Of a DNA stretch of 64,000 nucleotides, positions 9,932-20,668 are shown in pieces. Below the pieces are notes generated by a model that made no database searches, was not told where the DNA came from, and worked only from the letters and a program-made list of their open reading frames with translations. The position numbers were made by a program, and so were the translations under genes. The stretch is from contig JBEKVV010000001.1 of NCBI GenBank assembly GCA_049513715.1, forward strand, positions 832,223 through 896,222. Direction: 5' to 3'. Every line of letters starts with the position of its first letter. Within the stretch, counting starts at the first letter, position 1. The stretch comes from Candidatus Bathyarchaeia archaeon (GTDB lineage: Archaea; Thermoproteota; Bathyarchaeia; 40CM-2-53-6).

Positions 9932-10591
9932 CTAGGCAGTGAGAGCCAACACGCGAATGTGGTCCACGACGTCTACGCCGATGTCCGCAATCTTTTCTGC
10001 TCTGTCAACCAGATCCCGCAGAAATAACAATGTCTGAAGAGGCATCTTGCTCGAGATCAATTCGAGGTCCAGTTTCCTCGATTCGGCATCGATAGCGCGC
10101 TCCAGTTCTTCCACTGCTTTTGCGGTCTCTATCGCCTTTTCGGCGTCGAAGGAGAGAGAATGAAGTGTTTCTCTCACCTTTGAAATCTCTTTCAGAACTG
10201 ACCCCATCAAATTCGAAATGGCTTCCAGCTTGTTTGTATCGAGCTTCCACTTCAAGTCGACAACGCCCATCAGCCTGAACCCCATTGCTTCGCAATACTC
10301 AGCAACTTCGCTCAGTCTAAACAATAGGCGTAGAAAGTCCTCTCGGTTAATCAGCAGGGTTCCCACGGACGCCACTTCACTAAGGAACGTGGCTTTGTTT
10401 TTCTCGTTATCCTCGATTGTCTTGAGAATGTTCTGGTAGTTTTCTTTGGCGAGTTTCGGCTTCTTGGCAGCCACATTGTCTAAGAGAACAACGAGCTGTC
10501 TGGTGATTTCTACGACGTTTCTCGCGTGAGTTTGGCAGAGGTCAAGGATTCTGCGACGAATATTAGCTTCAGTTTCAACAGGGAAGGTCAG
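9932..10591 (-). CDS. DUF47/PhoU-like phosphate transport regulator; apparent CTG start at 10591
   Basis: REDFLRL, LERAIDAESRKL, DRAEKIAD motifs; frame extends upstream of the ORF-track start to (C)TFPVETEANIRRRILDLCQ. Confidence 0.8.
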   Translation of the reverse strand: MTFPVETEANIRRRILDLCQTHARNVVEITRQLVVLLDNVAAKKPKLAKENYQNILKTIEDNEKNKATFLSEVASVGTLLINREDFLRLLFRLSEVAEYCEAMGFRLMGVVDLKWKLDTNKLEAISNLMGSVLKEISKVRETLHSLSFDAEKAIETAKAVEELERAIDAESRKLDLELISSKMPLQTLLFLRDLVDRAEKIADIGVDVVDHIRVLALTA

Positions 10592-10676
10592 GATCCATGC
10601 CTCCAGCTCTGAAACAGTACTAGGCCGCGTCAGAACTTAAACCATAGCCTGCCGGAAGGCTAAAATTTGGTTTAGC

Positions 10677-12446
10677 TCACTCGTAAGCTACATGGACAGG
10701 TGTACCGAGCTCAGCGAACCTAAGCTTTGATTGAAGGAACTTCCGCATCAGGTCAGGAAGTGTTTTCCAACCGTTCCGCACCTGCTCCCAACTATCCCTG
10801 TCTCGAAGCGTAACAGTTGCGTCCTTCTTCGTTTGGTAGTCTACCGCCATGGAAAGTGGAATCCCTACTTCATCTGCACGGGCGTAGCGTCTCCCGATGG
10901 TTCCAGATTCATCATACTCGACAGCAAACCCATCGCTCGTTAGGTAGTTTGTAATCTCGGATGCGATTTCAGAAAGACCATCCTTCGCCATTAGTGGAAA
11001 AACCGCGACCTGCAACGGTACCAGGTGTACTGGAAGCTTGAGGACAATTCTGTCTTTCACCCTAGCGTACGCGTATTCCAAAGCTGAGTATACTACTCTC
11101 TCAGCTCCGTAACTGGGCTCGACTACGTGCGGAATCACCCGTCGACCGGTCTCTCGCATGTTGCGTTCCTCAAACCGGACGTGTGAAGGAAGAACCCTGA
11201 AACCCTGTACCTCGAAATATCCGGTAGTATCGAACGCTTCCTTTACCTCCATCGCGTTGCTTGCGGTCAACGTTTCGACCACGCTTCGAGCCTTCTCTCG
11301 CAAAAGCGGCCCAAGCACGGCACCGAGAGGCACAACGGCCAATGCCTTTTTCTCAAGTGGTTGCGGGTAGGGTTTGAAAATAGACAAGTCCACTCCTGTC
11401 GCCTTGGAATGTGCAGAGAGATCGTAGTCTGTCCGATAGGCGTGTCCCGCAATCTCGGTCCACCCCCACCTGTCAAGCCAGATTTGATGGTCAAAGGTTT
11501 GGGCAGAATAATGTGACCTTTCGGCAGGTAGCTTCTCCTCAAACCTTTGTTTGTCGAAGGGAATGCCAAGCGAACCTGCGAATTTGACTGAAAGAGCCAT
11601 GAAATAGGTCGACCATTCGGACTGAACAAGCCCACGCTTCGCCGCTTCAGGGGCAGAAACACGGGTCAGATCAGAACTCCCTCTTTCGCGATCTTTGGCA
11701 AGGAGAAGCGGCAGTTCGATGTCCGCCACACGGTTCAAGTACTTGCATTCTGGCTGGTTTGGGTCGAAGAACATCTCCATCTCCATGATCGTAAATTCGC
11801 GAAGCCTTATCGGGCCTTGGCGCGGGGAAATCTCATTTCTCATCACTGTGCCGATTTGTGCAATGCCCAGTGGGAATCGCTCTCGATTGGTTTCGAAGAC
11901 ACGTTTGAAATCAACGAATATGCCTTGGGCAGCCTCAGGTCGACCGTAACCTGTCACGTCCCCGTAAGGCCCAACATTCGTTTTGAACATGGTTGAGAAA
12001 TATTCTGCGTTTGTTAGAGTGCCGCCGCATTCGGGACAACGAATTTGGTTTTCAGTGACGAATAAGTCGATTTCCGCGGCCGTCATTGCTTCTGTTGCTA
12101 TGTCGGCGCGCCCTGGCATTGCTTCGGCGATAACTTGATCGGCTCTGAAATGCCTGCGGCAGTTGTTGCAGCTCACCATTAGGTCTTTGAAGTGGTCTAC
12201 ATGGCCTGAGGCGATGAAGACTCTCTCAGGTGTGATCACTGGTGTGGAGATTGCGGCAAAACTGTGCTGGTAAACGAATAGGTTCAACCATTCCTCTTCT
12301 ATGCGGCGCTTGAGCCTTGTTCCGAGCGGCCCCAGATCGAGGTAGCCACTTACACCGCCGTAGATTTCGAAGGAGGGCCAAAAGTAACCTCTCCTCTTGG
12401 CTAGGTCGGAGAGAAGTTCGTATTTGTCTATGCCTGACATCTTCAA
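10677..12446 (-). CDS. glyS: Glycine--tRNA ligase (archaeal/eukaryotic alpha2 type)
   Basis: RRGYFWPSFEIYGG, RPEAAQG, RNEISPRQGPIRLREF, PHVVEPSYG, IGRRYARADEVG. Confidence 0.97.
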   Translation of the reverse strand: MKMSGIDKYELLSDLAKRRGYFWPSFEIYGGVSGYLDLGPLGTRLKRRIEEEWLNLFVYQHSFAAISTPVITPERVFIASGHVDHFKDLMVSCNNCRRHFRADQVIAEAMPGRADIATEAMTAAEIDLFVTENQIRCPECGGTLTNAEYFSTMFKTNVGPYGDVTGYGRPEAAQGIFVDFKRVFETNRERFPLGIAQIGTVMRNEISPRQGPIRLREFTIMEMEMFFDPNQPECKYLNRVADIELPLLLAKDRERGSSDLTRVSAPEAAKRGLVQSEWSTYFMALSVKFAGSLGIPFDKQRFEEKLPAERSHYSAQTFDHQIWLDRWGWTEIAGHAYRTDYDLSAHSKATGVDLSIFKPYPQPLEKKALAVVPLGAVLGPLLREKARSVVETLTASNAMEVKEAFDTTGYFEVQGFRVLPSHVRFEERNMRETGRRVIPHVVEPSYGAERVVYSALEYAYARVKDRIVLKLPVHLVPLQVAVFPLMAKDGLSEIASEITNYLTSDGFAVEYDESGTIGRRYARADEVGIPLSMAVDYQTKKDATVTLRDRDSWEQVRNGWKTLPDLMRKFLQSKLRFAELGTPVHVAYE

Positions 12447-12694
12447 TCCTTCACTTGGTTTTGGCCGATCTAAATGCTAACGTTGTAGGAGTGTGAATAA
12501 GGTTGCCGCTGCGATGGGCCCAGCCTGTGGTACTTGCTTGATGAGGAGCGATGGAGCCCACTTTGCCACAAGGACATTCGGCTTTGAGTGACTGACCGCA
12601 TCATGATTCAGCAGGTCCGTCGGCTTCACTTTCGGAGCGGTCTCATCATCTTTTCCATCTCTACCTTAAAGATGCTCAACCTCAGAGCGTTCAC

Positions 12695-12949
12695 ATGGAG
12701 AATTTTGTCATTTCACCCGACGGGCGAATTTTGCGCTGGACCTGCACGGCATGCCAGCGCGATAACATCTTCATAGCAAATTCTTCGCTGTACCCTGAGA
12801 GAGTGAAGTGGCGCTGTTCAGGATGCCATGCCATAGTGGTAGTCTATAGGCCGGATAAATGGGTCGACAAAGCAATGTCAGAGTATCTGAAAATTCATCG
12901 CGAAGGACAACAAGCCAAGTGGCCAAAGCAAAATTCCAGAGTAACCTAG
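12695..12949 (+). CDS. Small Zn-finger protein
   Basis: CTAC...CSGC pair. Confidence 0.55.
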   Translation: MENFVISPDGRILRWTCTACQRDNIFIANSSLYPERVKWRCSGCHAIVVVYRPDKWVDKAMSEYLKIHREGQQAKWPKQNSRVT

Positions 12950-13122
12950 TCGCTGGGGACGACGTCGACGTACGTACCGCAGTTTTCGCAGAATGGCCAC
13001 ACCTCTCCTGCTGATGACATGTCGTTTATGAAAACTTGGATCTTGCTGCCGCACGTAGCACATTTCACCTTCATGTCAAGCAGCTTGTTCTCCTTTCGCA
13101 AGAAGACTGAATCAATGCCCAT
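12946..13122 (-). CDS. Small Zn-ribbon protein directly downstream of sdhB (not in ORF track)
   Basis: Own translation MGIDSVFLRKENKLLDMKVKCATCGSKIQVFINDMSSAGEVWPFCENCGTYVDVVPSD*. Confidence 0.6.
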   Translation of the reverse strand: MGIDSVFLRKENKLLDMKVKCATCGSKIQVFINDMSSAGEVWPFCENCGTYVDVVPSD

Positions 13123-13128
13123 AGAGTA

Positions 13129-13914
13129 TCACGTTTGGGCTTCGTGCTTAGCGAGAAGCGGTGATCCGCTTCTCTTTGTGATATTCTTGGAAAAGACGAG
13201 TCTCCTCAGCCTCTGGATAGCCAGTGCTGGGTCCACGCCTTTGGGGCATACAAAGCTGCATGCTCCCGCAAAGTGGCATCTCCAAATGCCGTGATTATTG
13301 TCAATGGCCTTGATTCTTGCTTCGGCACCTTCGTCGCGTGAATCAGCGGTGTATCTGTACGCCTGTCCTAGAGCTTGTGGTCCGATGAAACCCGGGTCCG
13401 TTCGCACCGTCGGGCATGCGGCGTTGCAAAGGCCGCACTTGATGCAGTAGGAGAATTGCAGGAAGTCTTCTAGCTCAGCTGGACTTTGGTCATATTCAGA
13501 ATTGGGGGTTTCCTGTTCTTCCTCGTTCCGTCTGACCGTGAATGGCTTAATTGATGCGTGCTTGGAGAAGAACCCGTCAAAGTCAGTCACCAAGTCTCTA
13601 ACAAGTGGATATGTGTCTAATGGCTCCACAATCACAGCTTTTCCACTGAAGTCAGCGACCTGTGTGTAACATGCGAGCCGCGGGATACCGTTAATTTTCA
13701 TACCACACGAACCGCAAGACGCCATTCTGCACGAAAACCGAATGGCAATAGAATGATCCATTCTCTCCTTCGCGGCCAGCAAAGCACTCAACACCGTCAT
13801 CCCGGGTTCCAATGGAACCTGAAAGGTCTGATAGTGCCGCTTCAATCCAACTGCAGGGTTTGCGCGCAGAACGCGAAGCGTCACCGTTTTCTCAGACTGT
13901 TGACTGCTCACCAT
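13129..13914 (-). CDS. sdhB: Succinate dehydrogenase/fumarate reductase Fe-S subunit
   Basis: SCRMASCGSC..LAC [2Fe-2S]; CIKCGLCNAACP; CHFAGACSFVCPKG. Confidence 0.95.
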   Translation of the reverse strand: MVSSQQSEKTVTLRVLRANPAVGLKRHYQTFQVPLEPGMTVLSALLAAKERMDHSIAIRFSCRMASCGSCGMKINGIPRLACYTQVADFSGKAVIVEPLDTYPLVRDLVTDFDGFFSKHASIKPFTVRRNEEEQETPNSEYDQSPAELEDFLQFSYCIKCGLCNAACPTVRTDPGFIGPQALGQAYRYTADSRDEGAEARIKAIDNNHGIWRCHFAGACSFVCPKGVDPALAIQRLRRLVFSKNITKRSGSPLLAKHEAQT

Positions 13915-13925
13915 CTGTGCCGGCC

Positions 13926-15641
13926 TCAGTAATGTCGTTCCGTAGGCGTGTACCTGGTAATCGTAACTGGAGCGTATTCAAGGTGAGGCCCTTCAGATGT
14001 GTAATAGGCCAACGTATGCTTGAGCCAATTGGGGTCATCCCTCTTCGGGTAGTCTGTTCGAGAATGGGCTCCTCTGGACTCGGTCCTGGCGAGTCCGCCA
14101 GCGAGAACAACTTCTGCAATCTCAAACATGGACTCAAGTTCGAGCACGTTCGTGAGATTTGTGTTGTATTCCTTGGCTTGATCGTCAACGTGCCTGTATG
14201 CTCTTTTGTGTAATGCTCGAAGTTCTCGTAGTCCAGTTTCAAGTCCTTCGCCGGTTCTATACACGTAGGCGTACGTGTCCATAAGAGTCTGAATCTCGTT
14301 ATGGATCTCGTACGGATTCTCGGAACCCGACCCGTGAAGGATTTCGTCAAACAGCCTCTTCTCCTCTGCCGCCACAGCGCTCTGATCAATCGGGTCAGAT
14401 GGTCGGGACATCGCATAGTTGGCTACTCCCGCTCCGGCCTGGGTGCCAAAAACCATGCATTCAGCGGTCGAGTTTGCGCCGAGCCTGTTTGCCCCGTTGA
14501 TGCTGACGCAGGCTGCCTCTCCCGCAGCCCACAGCCCCGTGATTGCGGTCTCAGCTTGGGAATTCGTGCGTATCCCACCCATTGTGTAATGGCAAACAGG
14601 GCGCACCGGCAAGGGTTCGTCTATTGGGTCGATGCCATTGAATTTGATCGCAATTTCCCTGATTCCTGACAGGCGTTCTTTGATCTTCTCGGCTCCTAGG
14701 TGTCTTAGGTCGAGAAGTAAGTGCTCCATTCCGGTCGCGGGGTCCTTGAGCCCTCTGCCTTCTTGAATTTCAGTAATCATCGCCCGTGAAACAACGTCGC
14801 GAGAAGCCAGGTCGACTTTCTCAGGTGCATATTTCTTCATGAAACGTTCGCCGCTGCTGTTTATCAAAATCGCTCCATCACCACGCGCGCCTTCGGTAAT
14901 CAAAACCCCAGATGGGATTAGTCCAGTCGGGTGAAATTGAACGAATTCCATATCCATTATGGGAACCCCGGCTCTGTAGGCAAGTGAAAGGCCGTCTGGT
15001 GTTGAGGAGTACCCATACGTGGCGAAGCGGTACAACCGCCCGGCTCCTCCAGTTGCGATCACTCCGGCTTTCGCGGTGAATGCGCAAAACCGCCCGGTCT
15101 TCAGTTCGATGGCAGTTACTCCTTTGAATGCACTGTGATCGGTTAACAGGGAAGTGACGTAATACTCTTGGAAGAATTCGATATTGTCGAATTTGCGTGT
15201 TGTGTCGTAGAGGGTTTGCATCTCGAAGAAACCTACTCGGTCGGCGGCGAATGTTGCCCTGGGGTAGCTGTAACCGCCAAAGTTACGTTGGGCGATGCGA
15301 CCGTCCTCATTCCTCGACCAAGGCATCCCCCAATGTTCAAGTTGGTAGATTTCTGCGGGCATTGCGTGCACAAAGAACTCTACAGCATCTTGGTCGGCTA
15401 GAAAGTCGCTACCCTTTATCGTATCGTAGATGTGTGATTCAAACGAATCTCCTTTATCCGGGTAAAGGACCGCGGCCGTCCCGCCTTCTGCGGAGGCGGA
15501 GTGTGACCGCATCGCTTGCACTTTTGTTATGACAGCAATTCTGCACTTGCCTTTCGATACACGTGCTGCCTCAATCGCTGCGCGCAGGCCAGCGATCCCT
15601 GAACCAACAATAACAATATCGTATGATAGTACCTCCGTCAT
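13926..15641 (-). CDS. sdhA: Succinate dehydrogenase/fumarate reductase flavoprotein subunit
   Basis: [16 protein letters not shown] (covalent FAD His), [27 protein letters not shown]. Confidence 0.96.
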   Translation of the reverse strand: MTEVLSYDIVIVGSGIAGLRAAIEAARVSKGKCRIAVITKVQAMRSHSASAEGGTAAVLYPDKGDSFESHIYDTIKGSDFLADQDAVEFFVHAMPAEIYQLEHWGMPWSRNEDGRIAQRNFGGYSYPRATFAADRVGFFEMQTLYDTTRKFDNIEFFQEYYVTSLLTDHSAFKGVTAIELKTGRFCAFTAKAGVIATGGAGRLYRFATYGYSSTPDGLSLAYRAGVPIMDMEFVQFHPTGLIPSGVLITEGARGDGAILINSSGERFMKKYAPEKVDLASRDVVSRAMITEIQEGRGLKDPATGMEHLLLDLRHLGAEKIKERLSGIREIAIKFNGIDPIDEPLPVRPVCHYTMGGIRTNSQAETAITGLWAAGEAACVSINGANRLGANSTAECMVFGTQAGAGVANYAMSRPSDPIDQSAVAAEEKRLFDEILHGSGSENPYEIHNEIQTLMDTYAYVYRTGEGLETGLRELRALHKRAYRHVDDQAKEYNTNLTNVLELESMFEIAEVVLAGGLARTESRGAHSRTDYPKRDDPNWLKHTLAYYTSEGPHLEYAPVTITRYTPTERHY

Positions 15642-15775
15642 TCAGTTGTGCCTCACAGGTACCGTTTAGATTGGAAAGCGGGCTACTCGAGCAATATAAG
15701 ATATAGTTGATTCCCGCCAGTTCAGCTTATATCGAGCGCCCAACAACCGACTTGTGTGAAAAATCGTTGGCTCTA

Positions 15776-16045
15776 ATGGGATATGAATGGATAGTGGTCA
15801 TCGCCGTGTTGGTCATCATTTTTCTTTGGGGGCCGCAGAAACTCCCCGAGTTGGCGAGATCAATAGGGCTCGCTAAGAAAGAATTCGACAAGGCAGCGAA
15901 GGAAGCAACGAATCCATTATCTTCGACCGCTGAAACCTCAACTGACCCGTTGATAACTGCAGCCAGAAGCCTGGGAATAGACACAGCTGGCAAAACAAAA
16001 GAGGAAATTGCGAAGGCAATCGCGGAGAAGACCTCTGCCAAGTAA
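15776..16045 (+). CDS. tatA: Twin-arginine translocase TatA
   Basis: TM followed by WGPQKLPELARSIG..KKEFDKA amphipathic helix. Confidence 0.92.
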   Translation: MGYEWIVVIAVLVIIFLWGPQKLPELARSIGLAKKEFDKAAKEATNPLSSTAETSTDPLITAARSLGIDTAGKTKEEIAKAIAEKTSAK

Positions 16046-16222
16046 TCGTTGGGCGAGAATAGGACACTTGCCTAGAGCCGCTTCCCAAAGAATTGCTCCC
16101 GCCAGTATCGTTGCTAAAGTGGCTTCCGCGCACTGTAACGGACGTAGGGTAGGAGCGTGAGTTTCTCACCGCCTCGGCACTAGGATACTTCGAACCTGAG
16201 AATTTCAAAAAAGGCCAGACAC

Positions 16223-17119
16223 TTGAACACTAACGAAAGCAAGCAGAAAGCAGGCTCGGTTTTCGAACACATAGGCGAATTGGCCGCTCGTGTGAAGATC
16301 ATATTCTATTCGCTCATAGCAACCACCATATTCTTCATGGTATTCCCGGCCAACAGCTCCTTCTTGCGTGACCCCTTCGCGTTCTACGACCCACTTATTG
16401 CAGTTGTCTTGCAACAAGTGTTAAGAGATGTCTTACCGCCCAAGGTCCAACTGATCGCCGGCGAGTTTACCGCGCCACTGGAAATCTATTTCATAGCATC
16501 GGTGCTTTTGGGCATCGCCTCCAGTGCTCCGGTAATTGCCTATGAGGTTTACAGGTATGTTGACCCCGCGCTCTATCCAGAGGAGCGCAAAGCCGTCTAT
16601 CCTTTCGTAACATCATTTACAGTGCTATTCCTGATTGGCTCGCTCTTCGGGTACAAAGTGCTCGCGCCTTTCATGATATGGGCGATGATCCCCTTCTTCT
16701 CGTTGGCTGGTGCGGTGCCATTCATCTACGTGATGGACTTCTACAGCATGGTCTTCATGACCACATTGGCGTGCGGTTTCACGTTCACGATGCCAGTTTT
16801 TTTCGTTCTGCTCGTTAGGTTTGGGATAATCAAAACAAGCTATATCACGACTCGGCGAAGATACATCTACGCAGCGTTATACATCATTACCGCAGTAATC
16901 ACCCCCGACGGAGGCCCTCTAGGAGACATAGCGCTGTTCGTGCCCATGGCGATTTTGCTCGAACTGGCTGTTCTCTTCGGGAAGAGGTACGAGAAGAGAG
17001 GCGAGATTATGCGCCGACCTCTATTCGCGAAACCCGTCGGCATCAAGTGCAGATATTGTGGAGCCCTGATGAGTAACCAGTCAGGGTTCTGTCCTTCCTG
17101 CGGCAAAGCCCAACTGTAG
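16223..17119 (+). CDS. tatC: Twin-arginine translocase TatC with C-terminal Zn-ribbon
   Basis: EHIGEL..R, PALYPEERK, AVITPDG; tail CRYC...CPSC. Confidence 0.92.
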   Translation: MNTNESKQKAGSVFEHIGELAARVKIIFYSLIATTIFFMVFPANSSFLRDPFAFYDPLIAVVLQQVLRDVLPPKVQLIAGEFTAPLEIYFIASVLLGIASSAPVIAYEVYRYVDPALYPEERKAVYPFVTSFTVLFLIGSLFGYKVLAPFMIWAMIPFFSLAGAVPFIYVMDFYSMVFMTTLACGFTFTMPVFFVLLVRFGIIKTSYITTRRRYIYAALYIITAVITPDGGPLGDIALFVPMAILLELAVLFGKRYEKRGEIMRRPLFAKPVGIKCRYCGALMSNQSGFCPSCGKAQL

Positions 17120-17216
17120 ATATCAGTCGGGCAATCACAGCTGATTGGTATGGGAATGAACCGAGCCGCTTTTATGCTACGCACACGCCAAATTCCCCAG
17201 AGCTGGCCAACAATTC

Positions 17217-17990
17217 ATGCCAATCCCTCTCTTAGAACGTTCATCGAAAGAGATTTCGCAAATCATCAAATCCTCTATCGAAGACCTCCCGGATGTTAGG
17301 GGAGTTCGACACGTAAGTGTCCGGCTGACTGGCAAAAGGTTGGATATCACAGCCCACGTTTTTCTTGATAACAGTCTGCGATTCGAGGACATTCATCGAA
17401 TCGTTTCGGGAATCGAGCGGCAGATAAGAAGCAAAGTCCAGAGAATCGCCCGCATCACTGTGCAAACGGAGCCAGCAGGCCATGCGCGAACAGGCCTCGC
17501 AACATTGGTATCAGAAATAGCTGAAAACGTCCCAGGTTCACGAGGTGTTCATAATGTCTACATCCAAAAAGTCAATGGCAAGGTGTGCGTCGACTTACGT
17601 CTCGAGGTAAGCGCGAACACCACTGTGAAACAAGCCCATGAAATATCAAAAGAGGTGGAGAAGCGTTTGAAGGGAGCCAACCCTCACGTATCAGAAGTCA
17701 CTATTCATTTGGAATCCGCATCAGACTTGGTATCTCGGGAATTGGAGGGACACGGAACTGAGCTTCGATGGTACATTGAACACACTGCGAAAAAGTTCCC
17801 AGAAATAAAAGCCGTTCACGGCGTGAAAATCCGCAGGAGCGGCAACACTCTACGAGCCGTGCTCAGATGCCGCTTCGATCCGAGTATGAGCATAAAGCAG
17901 GCCCATGATATTTCGCTCAAACTTGAGAAGACCGTGAAAAGCGCATACCCAGTCCTTGACGACTTAGAAGTGCTCCAAGAACCAGCGTAA
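17217..17990 (+). CDS. Soluble protein made of three tandem cation-diffusion-facilitator C-terminal (ZT_dimer-like) domains
   Basis: Three repeats of V.G.H.V.....G....V.......S...AH.IS..E......I(H/Q).EPA; no TM segment. Confidence 0.75.
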   Translation: MPIPLLERSSKEISQIIKSSIEDLPDVRGVRHVSVRLTGKRLDITAHVFLDNSLRFEDIHRIVSGIERQIRSKVQRIARITVQTEPAGHARTGLATLVSEIAENVPGSRGVHNVYIQKVNGKVCVDLRLEVSANTTVKQAHEISKEVEKRLKGANPHVSEVTIHLESASDLVSRELEGHGTELRWYIEHTAKKFPEIKAVHGVKIRRSGNTLRAVLRCRFDPSMSIKQAHDISLKLEKTVKSAYPVLDDLEVLQEPA

Positions 17991-18057
17991 CGACTAGCGG
18001 CCGAGCCCGGATGGAAGGGTAGCGTAATTCCTAAATTCTGCGCGTTTTGCCTCATGA

Positions 18058-20658
18058 ATCGCTGGGGCGGATGAGACGTCGGAAAATAAGCGTCGAACGA
18101 CGGCTATCCGCAAGGACTACTGGTCCAAACCTGTAACAGATGTCTTCAGGAACCTTGAGACCAGTGAGCAGGGGTTATCCGAACAGGAAGCGCAAAACCG
18201 CCTTAGAACCTATGGTTACAACGAGATACCAACGCATGCATTTAGCTCGATAAAGATTCTCGTCAGGCAATTCAAGAATCCATTGTTTTTCATACTCCTC
18301 ATCGCTGCAATCGTAGCTGGGTTCTTCGACACTCGACAGTCAGCTGTCATAATCGCGATGATCGCGTTGAGCGTTGTTTTGGGATTCTATAACGAATACA
18401 GAGCGGAAAAAATCATCGAAGACCTCAGGCAAAAAGTATCTCTAAGGGCATTGGTAATAAGGAATGGAAAACCTGTCCAAATCGACTCCAAGTTCCTTAC
18501 TCCAGGAGACGTGGTTTCTCTTTACGTAGGAGACATTGTCCCCTCCGATATGCGAATAATCGATTGCAAGGACCTCGAGGTGAACGAAGCTGTTCTGACA
18601 GGCGAGTCATTTCCGACGGAAAAGACCTCCGCGATCTTGCAGGTTGAAAATCCCATTCCGCAGCAGTTGACGAATTACACGTTCATGGGAACGGTTATCG
18701 TTCATGGAACCGGGCGCGGCGTAGTGGTGGCTACCGGGAAACAAACGGAGTTTGGCTCTATTTCTAGAAGCCTAGCCCGTACTCGTCCTGCAACAGAATT
18801 CCAACGGGGAGTACGCAAGTACGGTAACATGCTAATCACGTTGACTCTGGCGCTTGTAGTAGGAATCTTCGCGTTTAACGCGCTCCTTGGGCACCCGATC
18901 ATTGAATCTCTTCTTTTCTCTCTTGCGGTCGCCGTTGGGCTCGTTCCAGAACTCATGCCAGCAATCGTGACCATCAGCCTGTCACAAGCAGCACGAAATA
19001 TGGCTAAGAGCAGAGTTGTCGTAAAACGTCAGGTCTCGATCGAAGACTTCGGAAACATGGATGTTCTCTGCACTGACAAAACGGGTACGCTCACGAGCGG
19101 AAAAATAGGAGTTAAGGACTACTGGGCACCGAACGGAACCGGCGACCAGAGGATTCTCCAGTATTCTATGGTATGTAACAGTGCGGCCGTTGGAACCGAA
19201 GAAATCACTGGCAATCCAATGGACGTTGCCATTTTGGAATATGCGACAAAAGGCGGCATTCAAAAGGACGCGAAATTAGCCACAGTCATTGACGAGATAC
19301 CATTTGATTATCAGAGACGAATGATGTCAACGGCTATCAAGAACGGGCCGAGAACGCTGCTAATTACAAAGGGAGCCCCGGAATCTGTTCTCTCCAAGTG
19401 TGAGGATGCCGAAACTACCGATGGAATCAAACCTATGGAATCCGTTCGTCAATTAGTTGAAGCTAAGCTCGTTGAACAGTCCAGCGCAGGATACCGTACT
19501 ATCGCGGTTGCTTACCGGAGCGTGGAGCCTAAGCCGTCTTATTCAGTCGATGACGAATCCAAACTAACCCTTCTTGGTTTTCTTACCTTCACGGATCCGC
19601 CCAAACAAGATGCTCGTCAAGCGCTCGACAAGCTGAAGGCCATGGGAGTTGACGTGAAGATCCTTACCGGGGACAACGAATTAGTCGCTGTGAAAATCTG
19701 TGAAGAGTTAGGCGTCCCGGTTTACCATGTGGTGCGCGGTTCAGAATTAACTCAAATGACCTCAACCGAAATCAGAACTGCCGTCGAGGAAGCTACGATT
19801 TTCGCACGCATAACACCAGAGCAAAAGCTCGACATCATAAAGGCCCTAAAAATGAACAAACACGTCGTTGGCTTCATGGGCGACGGAGTGAATGACGCGC
19901 CCGCTTTATTCGAAGCAGACGTAGGACTATCTGTTGATTCCGGAGTCGATGTTGCCAAGGATGCAGCGGACATCGTTCTACTCGACAAGGACCTCCTTGT
20001 CTTGGCTAACGGCATCGAAGAGGGCCGAAAAGTCTTCGGCAATGTGACAAAGTACATCCTGATGGGTACGAGCTCCAACTTCGGGAACATGTTCAGCGCG
20101 GCAGCCGCTTCACTATTCCTCCCAGGTTTTCTCCCAATGTTGCCCATGCAGATCCTGTTCATGAACTTGCTCTATGACGTTGCCAACATGACGCTTCCCA
20201 CCGACATAATTGACGTCGAATTCAAGGAATTGCCAAAGCGTTGGGACATAGATTTCGTTCGGAAGTTCACACTGTTCTTTGGCCCGTTCAGCTCTCTCTA
20301 CGACTTCCTAACTTTCGGAATCATGCTTTTCATATTTGGAGCGACATCGGCGGCATCGGCACCACTCTTCCAGACCGGATGGTTTGTTGAATCATTTTGG
20401 ACAGAGGTCCTTGTTATCTTTGTGATACGAACGAGGAGAATACCATTCATCAAGAGTCGCCCAGGAAAATGGCTCACTATACTGACATTATCAGCAGTGG
20501 CCTTTGGAACAATACTGCCATTCACATTCCTAGGTCGTTTTCTAGGGTTTGTATCCCTTCCCGCCGAATATTGGGTCCTCTTGGTTCTTATGGTGGCAAC
20601 GTATCTTCTGCTCGTGGACGCCGGGAAGGTGTTCTTCTACAAAGTATGCAAGTTCTGA
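18058..20658 (+). CDS. mgtA: Mg2+-importing P-type ATPase (P3B); frame opens ~75 codons before the first TTG at 18283
   Basis: TGES, PELMP, DKTGT, KGAPE, TGDN, GDGVND, SSNFGNMFS, FQTGWFVES; upstream GLSEQEAQNRLRTYGYNE is the Cation_ATPase_N motif. Confidence 0.93.
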   Translation: MAGADETSENKRRTTAIRKDYWSKPVTDVFRNLETSEQGLSEQEAQNRLRTYGYNEIPTHAFSSIKILVRQFKNPLFFILLIAAIVAGFFDTRQSAVIIAMIALSVVLGFYNEYRAEKIIEDLRQKVSLRALVIRNGKPVQIDSKFLTPGDVVSLYVGDIVPSDMRIIDCKDLEVNEAVLTGESFPTEKTSAILQVENPIPQQLTNYTFMGTVIVHGTGRGVVVATGKQTEFGSISRSLARTRPATEFQRGVRKYGNMLITLTLALVVGIFAFNALLGHPIIESLLFSLAVAVGLVPELMPAIVTISLSQAARNMAKSRVVVKRQVSIEDFGNMDVLCTDKTGTLTSGKIGVKDYWAPNGTGDQRILQYSMVCNSAAVGTEEITGNPMDVAILEYATKGGIQKDAKLATVIDEIPFDYQRRMMSTAIKNGPRTLLITKGAPESVLSKCEDAETTDGIKPMESVRQLVEAKLVEQSSAGYRTIAVAYRSVEPKPSYSVDDESKLTLLGFLTFTDPPKQDARQALDKLKAMGVDVKILTGDNELVAVKICEELGVPVYHVVRGSELTQMTSTEIRTAVEEATIFARITPEQKLDIIKALKMNKHVVGFMGDGVNDAPALFEADVGLSVDSGVDVAKDAADIVLLDKDLLVLANGIEEGRKVFGNVTKYILMGTSSNFGNMFSAAAASLFLPGFLPMLPMQILFMNLLYDVANMTLPTDIIDVEFKELPKRWDIDFVRKFTLFFGPFSSLYDFLTFGIMLFIFGATSAASAPLFQTGWFVESFWTEVLVIFVIRTRRIPFIKSRPGKWLTILTLSAVAFGTILPFTFLGRFLGFVSLPAEYWVLLVLMVATYLLLVDAGKVFFYKVCKF

Positions 20659-20668
20659 GAGATGACCA

